Shown here piece after piece: positions 24,325-31,821 of a stretch of 41,411 bases of DNA. Below the pieces are notes generated by a model. It worked only from the letters and a program-made list of their open reading frames with translations, had not been told where the DNA came from and searched no databases. The DNA comes from a virus. The stretch is taken from positions 1 to 41,411 of the IMG/VR virus record IMGVR_UViG_3300048907_000031; one strand, written 5' to 3'. Position 1 is the stretch's first letter. The number at the start of each line of letters is the position of its first letter. A program made the translations under genes and the position numbers.

Positions 24325-24345
24325 AACTAACCGAAAGGTGCTGCA

Positions 24346-24474
24346 ATGTATGAGTGCATGAACTGGCTAAAGGCTGCTGCCGTAAGTGATGCGAAGGATT
24401 CGCTAATGGAGTTCGGAAGCTGGCGAATTAACTGCTTTAATTCTGCCGTTGTGGCGGGTATCGTCTTCGGATGA
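24346..24474 (+). CDS. Possible 42-aa ORF coupled to VRR-NUC
   Basis: ATG 24346 follows AAAGGTG. My own translation is MYECMNWLKAAAVSDAKDSLMEFGSWRINCFNSAVVAGIVFG. Its stop overlaps the VRR-NUC ATG (ATGA at 24471). Confidence 0.45.
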   Translation: MYECMNWLKAAAVSDAKDSLMEFGSWRINCFNSAVVAGIVFG

Positions 24475-24908
24475 TAACGCCTGAACAACTCGCCAAACCA
24501 GGGACGGAGAGCGCGCACCAAGTCGCGCTCTTTTGTTGGGCCTCAAGGAAGGCCACAGAGACGCCGTGGGAGGCCTTGAGGCTGCTTATGGCTATCCCAC
24601 TAGGCGGAAAGCGCAACGCCGCTACAGCGGCTCGCCTGAAGGCGGAAGGGGCTAGGGCCGGAGTGCCCGATATTTTCCTGCCAGTCGCCCGTCACGGTTG
24701 CCATGGCCTTTGGATTGAGCTAAAAAGAAGCAAGACAACCAAACTTTCGGCTAAGACAGGTAGAACGATTGTTGACAAGTCCGAAGGCAAGGCGCAGGAT
24801 CATCAAACGAAATGGATAGCCGATCTGCAAGCCGAAGGATACGGGGCTTGCGTTTGTGTCGGTTGGGAAGAAGCAAGAGACGTGCTAATTCAGTATCTCA
24901 ATCAATGA
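24471..24908 (+). CDS. VRR-NUC domain nuclease, 145 aa
   Basis: GVPDIFLPV...GLWIELKR gives the D...ExK arrangement typical of VRR-NUC. Confidence 0.8.
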   Translation: MITPEQLAKPGTESAHQVALFCWASRKATETPWEALRLLMAIPLGGKRNAATAARLKAEGARAGVPDIFLPVARHGCHGLWIELKRSKTTKLSAKTGRTIVDKSEGKAQDHQTKWIADLQAEGYGACVCVGWEEARDVLIQYLNQ

Positions 24909-24920
24909 AAGGTCTAAGCC

Positions 24921-25148
24921 ATGACATTCTTCGAGCCGGATCGCATCTTCACAACAGAAGAAATGAACAAAGCGCGAAGCATTATCTTGGAGACAAATCC
25001 AGGCGCGGAACGAGTTAGCCGAATGGTTGGCGAAGTTGTTGACAAAGCCATGCCGCTAGTTCATAAGGTGTTTCCGCTTATGGAGTTTGATCCTGTCTAT
25101 GTCGCGTATCGGCTTGAATATTCGCTGTTGCGCGTGAAGGGAGTTTGA
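24921..25148 (+). CDS. Hypothetical protein (75 aa)
   Basis: ATG 24921 follows AAAGG. Track ORF. Confidence 0.6.
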   Translation: MTFFEPDRIFTTEEMNKARSIILETNPGAERVSRMVGEVVDKAMPLVHKVFPLMEFDPVYVAYRLEYSLLRVKGV

Positions 25149-25151
25149 ATT

Positions 25152-25418
25152 ATGAGTGAAGTTACACCTGAATACCTCGAACGGCTGAGAGACGAAGCGG
25201 CAAAGCTGAAAGAATCTTTCAGAAGCCGAATGCGATGCGCGATTTCCGAGAGCGAAACGGCCTTCGCAGACCTCGCGCGGATCGGGCGGGAGCTGGGAGA
25301 GGCGCAGGCGGAGAATGTGACGCTTTCCACAGAACGTAGCGCCCTGCAAGACGCACTCACGGCGGCCTTGGCGGAAATCGCCCGCAAAGCCTTGGAGAAG
25401 ACCGAACATGGCAAATGA
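25152..25418 (+). CDS. Hypothetical coiled-coil protein (88 aa)
   Basis: ATG 25152 follows GGGAG. The sequence is heptad-like and E/A/L-rich. Confidence 0.6.
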   Translation: MSEVTPEYLERLRDEAAKLKESFRSRMRCAISESETAFADLARIGRELGEAQAENVTLSTERSALQDALTAALAEIARKALEKTEHGK

Positions 25419-26046
25419 ACCGACATCTGCGCAGATCAAAGCGGCGGCGAGCGCGCGAAAACACGCCCGCAGCGTAAAACTAGCCGCCGCTCTCGCCGCG
25501 CAGGAAGCCGCCGAACTCGCCGCGTTTGAGCAAGCCTTGCGTGAGCATGACGAGGTGCGCACCGGGCAAGTTAGGTACGCGCCGGAAGCGCCGCGCGAGC
25601 CAAGCGAGGAGGCGGCGAACTATTCGGAAATTCCGAAAGGTTGGAAGCTGGTCCCGGTTGAGCCGACCGAGGCGATGCTTGAAGAATTTCATGACCGCAT
25701 CCGCATCGAAGCGCGACCGGCTGACCAACTCTGTTCCGTGCTGAATGATCGATATGTTTGGGCCGCCATGCTATCCGCCGCCCCTCCTGCGCCTGCCGGG
25801 GATGGGTGGAGGCCGATCATCACTCATAATCCGAAGACTGACCCTGCGATTTGCTTGGTCGCTTACGAAGATGGACATGTGACCGCTGCCGAATATAGCG
25901 AGTTGCTGGAAGGCGGCCCTGACGACCATCGGCAATGGGAAACACATATTGCGCCAAGAGCGGAAAACGGAACTGCGGGCCTCTACGCTTGGCCCATCGC
26001 ATGGCGGCCCTTGCCTGCCCCTCCCAGCGACGGGGGTAATAAATGA
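25408..26046 (+). CDS. Hypothetical early protein (Ea22-like middle motif, DUF551-like C-terminus?), 212 aa
   Basis: GWKLVPVEPTEAMLEEF is a motif common in phage early proteins. The C-terminal GWRPIITHNPKTDPAICLVAYEDGHV resembles DUF551 (recalled, weak). Confidence 0.6.
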   Translation: MANEPTSAQIKAAASARKHARSVKLAAALAAQEAAELAAFEQALREHDEVRTGQVRYAPEAPREPSEEAANYSEIPKGWKLVPVEPTEAMLEEFHDRIRIEARPADQLCSVLNDRYVWAAMLSAAPPAPAGDGWRPIITHNPKTDPAICLVAYEDGHVTAAEYSELLEGGPDDHRQWETHIAPRAENGTAGLYAWPIAWRPLPAPPSDGGNK

Positions 26047-26318
26047 GCGAGGAAGCCGCAAAGATCAAAGCGCAGTCAATCCGCGAGAAAACAAACGCCC
26101 TGACCTTGGCGCAGCAGGAAAGCTTTCGCGCATGGAGCATCGCTCACGGCTTCGGTAATCCATACCAGCAACTTGAAGCCGCCGCCTTCGAGCGTGGCCG
26201 CACCGCTGGCAGGGTTGAGCAGGCGAGGATGGATGCGGCTGTAGCAGATCGGTTCGATAGAGAAATTGCCGATGGCCTCCGCGCCGAGGCCGAACGCATC
26301 GAGAAGGGTGAATCGTGA
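26043..26318 (+). CDS. Hypothetical protein (91 aa)
   Basis: ATGA coupling at 26043. Track ORF. Confidence 0.6.
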   Translation: MSEEAAKIKAQSIREKTNALTLAQQESFRAWSIAHGFGNPYQQLEAAAFERGRTAGRVEQARMDAAVADRFDREIADGLRAEAERIEKGES

Positions 26319-26674
26319 CAGAATATAACAGGCGAAGGCCTTACAGCGTCGCAACCGAAGCCGAGAAAGAAGAAGCGCGCATATTGCGCGCTTCTGGCTT
26401 GTCCATTAGTCGAATTGCGCAACGCCTGAATCGTTCCGACAAAGCAATTCGCATTTGGACGAATCCGCATTATGCCGAATATGTTCAAAGGGCTAATACG
26501 AAGCACAAGGAAATGAGGCGGCTTAATAAGGTCGCAATGACGGCGGAACAGATAGCTTTGCGTACTAAGCTGGCGCGCGTCGCAAGGGAAGAAGCGAGGG
26601 AAACCGGGCTACCAATCCGCGAAGCGTATGCGAAGTACGGAATTAAATACTACAATGCAAGGGAACTTTCATAA
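26315..26674 (+). CDS. HTH DNA-binding protein, paralogue A (119 aa)
   Basis: GTG 26315 overlaps the previous TGA (GTGA). TEAEKEEARILRASGLSISRIAQRLNRSDKAIRIWTNP has the HTH pattern and aligns with the protein at 27103..27285. Confidence 0.6.
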   Translation: MTEYNRRRPYSVATEAEKEEARILRASGLSISRIAQRLNRSDKAIRIWTNPHYAEYVQRANTKHKEMRRLNKVAMTAEQIALRTKLARVAREEARETGLPIREAYAKYGIKYYNARELS

Positions 26675-26919
26675 TGGGAATGCATGAAGCTAAATTCAAT
26701 CCTACCGCTAATTTTGAAAAGCGGTGGTTAGCTGAAAGTTATATTGAGAAGCATGGCGGGAAGATTCTAAATACGAGAAAATGGAAAGGCCGTTATAAAT
26801 TAGGTGACAAAGTTTATTTTGTGCAATACGATGCGCGCCTGTTCGCTTGGTTTATCTTAGACGAAACGCACGAATGGAAAAGCCGAAAGGATCAGGGCCT
26901 TGATCGTGAAATGGACTGA
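26674..26919 (+). CDS. Hypothetical protein (81 aa)
   Basis: TAATG coupling at 26674. Track ORF. Confidence 0.6.
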   Translation: MGMHEAKFNPTANFEKRWLAESYIEKHGGKILNTRKWKGRYKLGDKVYFVQYDARLFAWFILDETHEWKSRKDQGLDREMD

Positions 26920-27106
26920 CGAATATGGCGTACTCCGCTGCAACCGTACGAAGCTCAGCAATAAGCCGCCTTGCGCTACCTTGCTTATGATGCGCGGTGC
27001 GCTAAGCGTGATTGCGACCGAAGGAACGAAAACAAGCGTTGACTTCAGCAAGCAGTTTGCAGACGCGATTGACTTTAACTTTGTTGATTGTACGGGGGCG
27101 AAATGA
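26900..27106 (+). CDS. Hypothetical protein (~66-68 aa, start uncertain: TTG 26900 or GTG 26906)
   Basis: Track ORF. Its stop overlaps the ATG of the next gene (ATGA at 27103). Confidence 0.45.
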   Translation: MIVKWTDEYGVLRCNRTKLSNKPPCATLLMMRGALSVIATEGTKTSVDFSKQFADAIDFNFVDCTGAK

Positions 27107-27285
27107 TAGCAAGCGAAGCAGAGAAGACAGGCGCTAGGATTATGCGAATGTTCGGCGTCGGGCCGTATCATATCGCTTGGCTGTTCGGGCGAGGCGAGAG
27201 TACGATCAAATATTGGCTCTATCCGAAGTTCCGTAAGGCGCAACTGGCTAACCAAAAACGCTATCAATCCTATAAAAGAAAGTGA
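27103..27285 (+). CDS. HTH DNA-binding protein, paralogue B (60 aa)
   Basis: ATG 27103 follows GGGGG. ASEAEKTGARIMRMFGVGPYHIAWLFGRGESTIKYWLYP aligns position by position with paralogue A. Confidence 0.55.
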   Translation: MIASEAEKTGARIMRMFGVGPYHIAWLFGRGESTIKYWLYPKFRKAQLANQKRYQSYKRK

Positions 27286-27342
27286 TTGACAAAGGCGAAG
27301 CCAGATGCGAAGTTACGGGCGCAGTTTGAATTGGGGGCGAAA

Positions 27343-27480
27343 ATGAAGTTCGGAATACTCGTAAGCATCGCACTCTGGCTTTGCATCTTTATCGTCATTA
27401 TCCTTATTGACGGTAGTAAGGAATTGGCCGAGTGCGAAAAGAACCATACGCATGATTTTTGCGTTAGCCTGTTGAGGTAA
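27343..27480 (+). CDS. Small membrane protein (45 aa)
   Basis: ATG 27343 follows GGGGG. It has one clear TM segment, FGILVSIALWLCIFIVIILI. The track form 27286..27480 uses an upstream TTG. Confidence 0.5.
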   Translation: MKFGILVSIALWLCIFIVIILIDGSKELAECEKNHTHDFCVSLLR

Positions 27481-27485
27481 TTACA

Positions 27486-27767
27486 ATGGAACATTGCATT
27501 AACTTTCTGGATACGGATTTTGTAGTTGAATACGATTATACCGTAACCTATGCCGGAAGCCACGGCGTTGCGCCTTCGCTGAATGATCCAGGCGAGCCGC
27601 CTGAGGCAATGGAGTTTGAAGTTACGATCTTGTCCATTCGCGAGGATACCCCTGGCGATACTGGCAAGTGGCTTGAACTTCCTGAATGGCTCAAAGAACG
27701 GATCGCGGTTGCCATCGGCTCAGACGAAGACGTTTATGCCATCATCGAGCAACGGGAGTTTCATTAA
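27486..27767 (+). CDS. Hypothetical acidic protein (93 aa)
   Basis: ATG 27486 follows GAGG. Track ORF. Confidence 0.6.
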   Translation: MEHCINFLDTDFVVEYDYTVTYAGSHGVAPSLNDPGEPPEAMEFEVTILSIREDTPGDTGKWLELPEWLKERIAVAIGSDEDVYAIIEQREFH

Positions 27768-27928
27768 TGCCGGACGAAGAAAGAGTTGCGCGCCTCTTGG
27801 TGCAATTCCTCTGGCGCAAGCTGAAAGGATACGACCATTACAAGAAGCAGCAGGAAGACGCCCAATGGCGCGACCATGTTGCAGCCGCGAAGGAAATCAT
27901 AGCCGCGCTCAAGACCGAAGCGGCCTAG
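27767..27928 (+). CDS. Hypothetical protein (53 aa)
   Basis: TAATG coupling at 27767 (MPDEERVARLL...). It is in frame with track ORF 27686..27928. Confidence 0.5.
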   Translation: MPDEERVARLLVQFLWRKLKGYDHYKKQQEDAQWRDHVAAAKEIIAALKTEAA

Positions 27929-27997
27929 TTGCCAATGGCTTAAAATCGTGTATGCTCCATATTGCGGCTGTCAATGCCGTTGTATGGAGTAAGCCAA

Positions 27998-28216
27998 ATG
28001 CCGAACGTTAGCGATGTTGTCGCCCATAAGCTGGAATGCGCGCGAACGGAACTTCACTCAACCTATAATCATTCCCTAAGAACGCTTGGCGCGGAGCCGT
28101 TCTTTTCCGTCGAAGATAGGGAATTGCTCGACAAGCTGGATAAGCGCCTATTCGACTTAGCCCAGCGGAAGACGCAGGAAATTGAACATTCCTGGCGCAA
28201 AACCTCAAACGCCTAA
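27998..28216 (+). CDS. Hypothetical protein (72 aa)
   Basis: ATG 27998 follows GGAG at 8-nt spacing. It is in frame with track ORF 27962..28216. Confidence 0.55.
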   Translation: MPNVSDVVAHKLECARTELHSTYNHSLRTLGAEPFFSVEDRELLDKLDKRLFDLAQRKTQEIEHSWRKTSNA

Positions 28217-28226
28217 TCAGCCTTGC

Positions 28227-28278
28227 GCGCCCCTGTCAAGCCCTGTAATGTGTGGGCAAACAGGGGCGCTTTTTGTTT
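28227..28278 (+). terminator. Intrinsic terminator ending the early/middle block; its loop carries a GTGTGGGCA copy
   Basis: A perfect 10-bp stem gcgcccctgt (28227-28236) / acaggggcgc (28260-28269) is followed by tttttgttt. The 23-nt loop can pair internally (GCCC/GGGC). Confidence 0.7.
28250..28258 (+). repeat. GTGTGGGCA motif copy 6 (in the terminator loop)
   Basis: Read in gTAATGTGTGGGCAAACa. The 16-nt stretch TAATGTGTGGGCAAAC is identical to the copy at 24316. Confidence 0.95.
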
Positions 28279-28316
28279 CCTGTATCTTTATTCCTAAATA
28301 AAGGATCGGGAAACCA

Positions 28317-28613
28317 ATGACTGTTAAAGCACCATTCCAGCCGCGCTATGGCCAAGGCCAGACTATGACTTCGGCGGCTGCTTCGGCGGCTGTTACGATT
28401 GATGCGCAGGCTAAGAGCGTTCAAGTCACCAATACCGGGGCAAATCCTGCTTACTTCCGCATTAGCAATTCTGCGGCTGCGGCTGTTGCTGCGGATTGCA
28501 TCATCCTCGCCGGAACGCAAGTTACTGTGTCGAAGGGTGACGGGGATAATTCGTTTGCCCACATTTCGCCACTCGGAACGACGCTTAACGTGATTACTGG
28601 CGAAGGGTTCTAA
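28317..28613 (+). CDS. Hypothetical small beta-rich protein (98 aa), first gene of the insulated cassette
   Basis: ATG 28317 follows AAAGGA. Track ORF. It ends 2 nt before the next gene. Confidence 0.65.
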   Translation: MTVKAPFQPRYGQGQTMTSAAASAAVTIDAQAKSVQVTNTGANPAYFRISNSAAAAVAADCIILAGTQVTVSKGDGDNSFAHISPLGTTLNVITGEGF

Positions 28614-28615
28614 TC

Positions 28616-30091
28616 ATGTTTAAAGCGCAAACTCCGCCTACTCTCAGCCTTGTTAATCCCGGCAATCGCATTGTTTCGCCTGCTACCTTGCGCCATGCTA
28701 CGAATCGAACTTGCATTCCGAATGCGCGTTCGGGTTCGCAGTTGCAGAGCGGCGGTCGTTGCTGGCAAATCAGTTATGTTCCGGTTAACGGAACTGTTCG
28801 GGTTGGCTTCTGGAATGGCGCAATCCTTACAGGTGGCGCAGGCGAAAGCGGCAACGGCGACACAATGACGCTGCGCTGTTCGATTACGCAATCGGACGGA
28901 ACTACAACCGCGACTTATTCATCCGGAGCCGTTGCCAATAATGCTGTTGGCTTCGTCGATATTCCGGGCGTTGTTAATCCTTCGTTCAAAAAGTTTATTA
29001 TCAATTACGATATTCAGATGGGCGCGGCTGGCTTCGTTCCGTCTATGAGTTTTTCCAACTGTTGCGATAGAGGTAATGGCGATCAATACGCGGTTGGCGC
29101 TTCTGGTTTCGGCCATACTCAGGATGCAACCTATTTGGGTTCGGGCGAAGCTAACAACTGGCTTCCGCAGTATGTTTCCGTTATGTCAGATCGCAAAGTT
29201 TGGGTGCTGGTTACGGATAGCCTAGGCGAAACGGATGACACTGTATTTGATCCGGCTGGCGGACGCGGATTGTTTGGGCGCGGTATGGCGCTTGCGGGGC
29301 CTCACCTGAATTGGGCTGCGCCGGGGGATAGGGCTTCTGTTGCTGCTGCTGGCTTCACGGCGCGCACGGCCTTGCTTGTGGCGGCTGGCGCTTCAGCAGC
29401 TACCCCCTTTGCGGCTGTCAATCAACTTGGCCGCAATGATATATCTAATGGGCGTTCGGCTGCGCAGCTGATTCCAGATCGGAATACAGTCACAACGACG
29501 CTTAAGGCTAACGGCGTTGATCGCGTTATTGGAACGACGATTACGCCTTACACAACTTCGTCTGACCTTGGTAATACAACTTCGGGGCAGGCCCCGCAGA
29601 ACGCCGCGCAAGAGATTGTGCGTAGCACTGTGAATGACTTCTGGCGTAATGCCGGAGCCTATACCACAACCGGAACGCTAACTAATGGTAGCGCTAGCGT
29701 TACGGCGGTTGCTAGTTTGACGCTGCTTGGTATGTTCCCTGGAATGACCTTTACGTCTTCTACAGGTGGCGTTCCGGGCGGTACAACTATATCTTCAATC
29801 AATTATGCAACTAGCACCATAACGCTGTCTGCGGCGTTCACAGGAACGACTACGCCCGGTGCTTCGATTACGGGAACCGCGCCTGCAACCGGCCAAACGT
29901 TCCCGACTAATCAGGATGGCTTGGTCGATATTTGCGCATTGCTTGAAGGGGCTACCACGCTTCCCTTTACGCCCGTGCGCAATGGCGGGGTTTGGGTCCC
30001 TGGCATGGCCGCGCTCGATATGCTGCACATGACCTCGAACGGCTATCTAAGCAATCGCCCATTGGTAGACGGAATGGTCGCCGCATATTAG
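28616..30091 (+). CDS. SGNH/GDSL-type hydrolase (esterase) domain protein, 491 aa; possible glycan deacetylase
   Basis: Block I-like VLVTDSLGE. Block III GRND (NQLGRNDISNG). Block V DMLH (ALDMLHMTSNGY). The blocks appear in the canonical order. Confidence 0.65.
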   Translation: MFKAQTPPTLSLVNPGNRIVSPATLRHATNRTCIPNARSGSQLQSGGRCWQISYVPVNGTVRVGFWNGAILTGGAGESGNGDTMTLRCSITQSDGTTTATYSSGAVANNAVGFVDIPGVVNPSFKKFIINYDIQMGAAGFVPSMSFSNCCDRGNGDQYAVGASGFGHTQDATYLGSGEANNWLPQYVSVMSDRKVWVLVTDSLGETDDTVFDPAGGRGLFGRGMALAGPHLNWAAPGDRASVAAAGFTARTALLVAAGASAATPFAAVNQLGRNDISNGRSAAQLIPDRNTVTTTLKANGVDRVIGTTITPYTTSSDLGNTTSGQAPQNAAQEIVRSTVNDFWRNAGAYTTTGTLTNGSASVTAVASLTLLGMFPGMTFTSSTGGVPGGTTISSINYATSTITLSAAFTGTTTPGASITGTAPATGQTFPTNQDGLVDICALLEGATTLPFTPVRNGGVWVPGMAALDMLHMTSNGYLSNRPLVDGMVAAY

Positions 30092-30119
30092 ACCTTCGAT
30101 TTATCCACACAATAATTAA

Positions 30120-30146
30120 GGCCGCTTCATGCGGCCTTTTTGTTTG
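30120..30146 (+). terminator. Intrinsic terminator after the SGNH gene
   Basis: ggccgc ttcat gcggcc is followed by tttttgtttg, 29 nt after the stop at 30091. Confidence 0.75.
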
Positions 30147-30172
30147 ACCGAAAGGGGTATTTTAGCTTAACT
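30144..30172 (+). promoter_or_regulatory. Candidate sigma70-type promoter
   Basis: TTGACC at 30144-30149, a 17-nt spacer, then TTAACT at 30167-30172, lying 25 nt upstream of ATG 30197. Confidence 0.4.
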
Positions 30173-30196
30173 GCGAACGCCTTTGGAGTAATCACA

Positions 30197-30409
30197 ATGT
30201 CAGCCTTCCAGGAATTTGCGCCGCTAAACCTCAAGCTGATTGTCTATGACACACAAAGCGGCGAAGCCATTCGGGAGCATTTGATTGATTATAATTCGCC
30301 GCAAACGCGCCGCTGGCTTATGCGGGTGACACTGTGGGCAACCTATAATCACAAATCAATCGAACTTATCAACGTGAATGATGATAAGACTGTTGACAGA
30401 CCCGAATGA
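30197..30409 (+). CDS. Hypothetical protein (70 aa)
   Basis: ATG 30197 follows GGAG. It is in frame with track ORF 30140..30409. Confidence 0.6.
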   Translation: MSAFQEFAPLNLKLIVYDTQSGEAIREHLIDYNSPQTRRWLMRVTLWATYNHKSIELINVNDDKTVDRPE

Positions 30410-31194
30410 TTGCCATAAGTTCAAATCGTCAAACAAAGCGCGCCCGCGCTAACCGAACAGAAAGCGTTATCAAAATGGCCAAGGCGTCGAAAGTTACGAA
30501 AATTGTTGAAACCCCCGCTCCTGCGATTGACAATGCGAAGCTTTCGCTTATTGTCGCCGCTACCGTCGCAAACGGCTTCACTTATGAAGATACGGGCGAA
30601 GCGAACATTCAGAACCTGCTTGTTGCGGGGCTGATTGAAACCAATGCGGCTATGGCCGATGAAAATGGAAACGTTGCGACCCGCGCAACCGTCAAAGGAA
30701 TTGAAACTGTGAACGCCACTGTTACCGAAACCGCTCCGCAGCCTGAAATCGCTCCGGCTGTTGTCCAGGCTGCTACCGCCGCCCCTAAGGCTACTACGTC
30801 CTTCGCCATTCGTTCGGACATTCCGGTCCCGACCATCAAGCGCGGCGGCGCGGGCCGCGCTGTCGGCTTCCCGTTCGACCTTCTGGAACCGGGCCAGTCT
30901 TTCCACGTTCCTGCCACTGCGGAACGCCCGGAGCCTGCCAAGTCGCTTGCTTCGACTGTTTCGACGGCTAACGCGAAGTATGCCAAGGAAACTGGCGAAA
31001 GTGAGGAAGTGACGGTTCCGAAATACCAGCTTGACGCCGAAGGCAAGCGCGTGAAGGTTGACGGCCATTTCGTCAAGCTTGGTGATGAAACCATTACCCG
31101 CAAAAAGACGGTTCAGGAGCGCGAATTTGTCGCGCGTTCGGTTGATGCTTCGGACCCGGATGGCATCGGGGCGCGTATCTTCCGCCTTCGCTGA
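30406..31194 (+). CDS. Hypothetical protein with an A/T/P linker and a conserved-looking C-terminal domain, 262 aa (or 239 aa from ATG 30475)
   Basis: ATGA coupling at 30406. The motif SDIPVPTIKRGGAGRAVGFPFDLLEPGQSFHVP looks like a recurrent phage motif, but I cannot place it in a family. Confidence 0.65.
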   Translation: MIAISSNRQTKRARANRTESVIKMAKASKVTKIVETPAPAIDNAKLSLIVAATVANGFTYEDTGEANIQNLLVAGLIETNAAMADENGNVATRATVKGIETVNATVTETAPQPEIAPAVVQAATAAPKATTSFAIRSDIPVPTIKRGGAGRAVGFPFDLLEPGQSFHVPATAERPEPAKSLASTVSTANAKYAKETGESEEVTVPKYQLDAEGKRVKVDGHFVKLGDETITRKKTVQEREFVARSVDASDPDGIGARIFRLR

Positions 31195-31232
31195 ATGAAT
31201 TAGCAGGCGTCCTCCCACGCAAGCTAAAACTA

Positions 31233-31264
31233 GCCCCTGGCGAAAGCCGGGGGTTTCTTTTTGC
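31233..31264 (+). terminator. Intrinsic terminator
   Basis: cccctggc gaaa gccggggg (one G-U pair) is followed by tttcttttt. Confidence 0.65.
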
Positions 31265-31306
31265 CGCAGCCTATGCAATTTTGAGCGGGCGATTTGAGGG
31301 GCTGCA

Positions 31307-31810
31307 ATGTCGATTTATCTTTGGCCGCATGAAGACGTTCAAAGCTTGAACGCATTTTACGGTGATCCTCGCGGAAGCAATGGCGAAGCAAGCCCCATAT
31401 GGGAAGCGGACAACCTTCGTTATTGGGAGCCGCCTTACCCGCTGTTCTTTAGCGATGGGAAGCATACGCCCTTGAAGCGTTTGCGCATTCATAAGAAGTG
31501 CGTTTCAACTTTTGACGAAGCTTTCAAGGAAGTTTTGCATGTTTTTGGGATTGACTATATCGTTAAGAACCGGCTTAACATATCAGGCGGTGCAACCTGT
31601 TATAGATTGGAGCGCGGCGGCTCCCGTCTTTCTGTTCACTCTTGGGGTTGCGCTATTGATATGGACCCTGCCCACAATCCTTTCCCGGCGCATTGGAGGA
31701 CCGGAATGATTGACAAAGGCTTTGCCGCTATTATGCAGAAGCATGGCTTTTGCTGGCGCGGCGAAGGTAATGACGTGGACCCTATGCACTTTCAACTCTG
31801 CAAACACTAA
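31307..31810 (+). CDS. Endolysin, peptidase M15 (VanY / L-alanyl-D-glutamate peptidase-like), 167 aa
   Basis: The zinc-ligand pattern is SVHSWGCAIDMD ... DPMHFQL (H-x6-D ... H). Confidence 0.8.
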   Translation: MSIYLWPHEDVQSLNAFYGDPRGSNGEASPIWEADNLRYWEPPYPLFFSDGKHTPLKRLRIHKKCVSTFDEAFKEVLHVFGIDYIVKNRLNISGGATCYRLERGGSRLSVHSWGCAIDMDPAHNPFPAHWRTGMIDKGFAAIMQKHGFCWRGEGNDVDPMHFQLCKH

Positions 31811-31821
31811 GGAAAAGTTCA

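Noticed and set aside
24327-24521. A 64-aa minus-strand ORF between gene 24045..24314 and the VRR-NUC gene.
   Set aside because: The same interval holds a + strand 42-aa ORF with an SD and an ATGA overlap onto the VRR-NUC start, consistent with the surrounding operon. The minus-strand ORF overlaps the VRR-NUC start.
25056-25562. 168-aa and 109-aa minus-strand ORFs, with similar ones up to 26506.
   Set aside because: They are antisense frames in the GC-rich patch. The + strand ORFs have SDs and coupled junctions. The antisense translations are Arg/Ala/Ser-rich.
30421-31278. A 285-aa minus-strand ORF antisense to gene 30406..31194.
   Set aside because: It spans a predicted + strand terminator and has an Arg-rich nonsense-like translation. 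The + strand gene has coupling and a recognisable domain pattern.
6226-31714. Recurrent TTGACAAAG (seen at about 6226, 23025, 25037, 27288 and 31706), considered as a family of -35 elements.
   Set aside because: Four of the five lie in or at coding sequence, three of them encoding V/I-D-K-A/G. Only the copy at 23025 has a plausibly spaced -10. It is far weaker and less consistent than the GTGTGGGCA signal, so it was not pursued.
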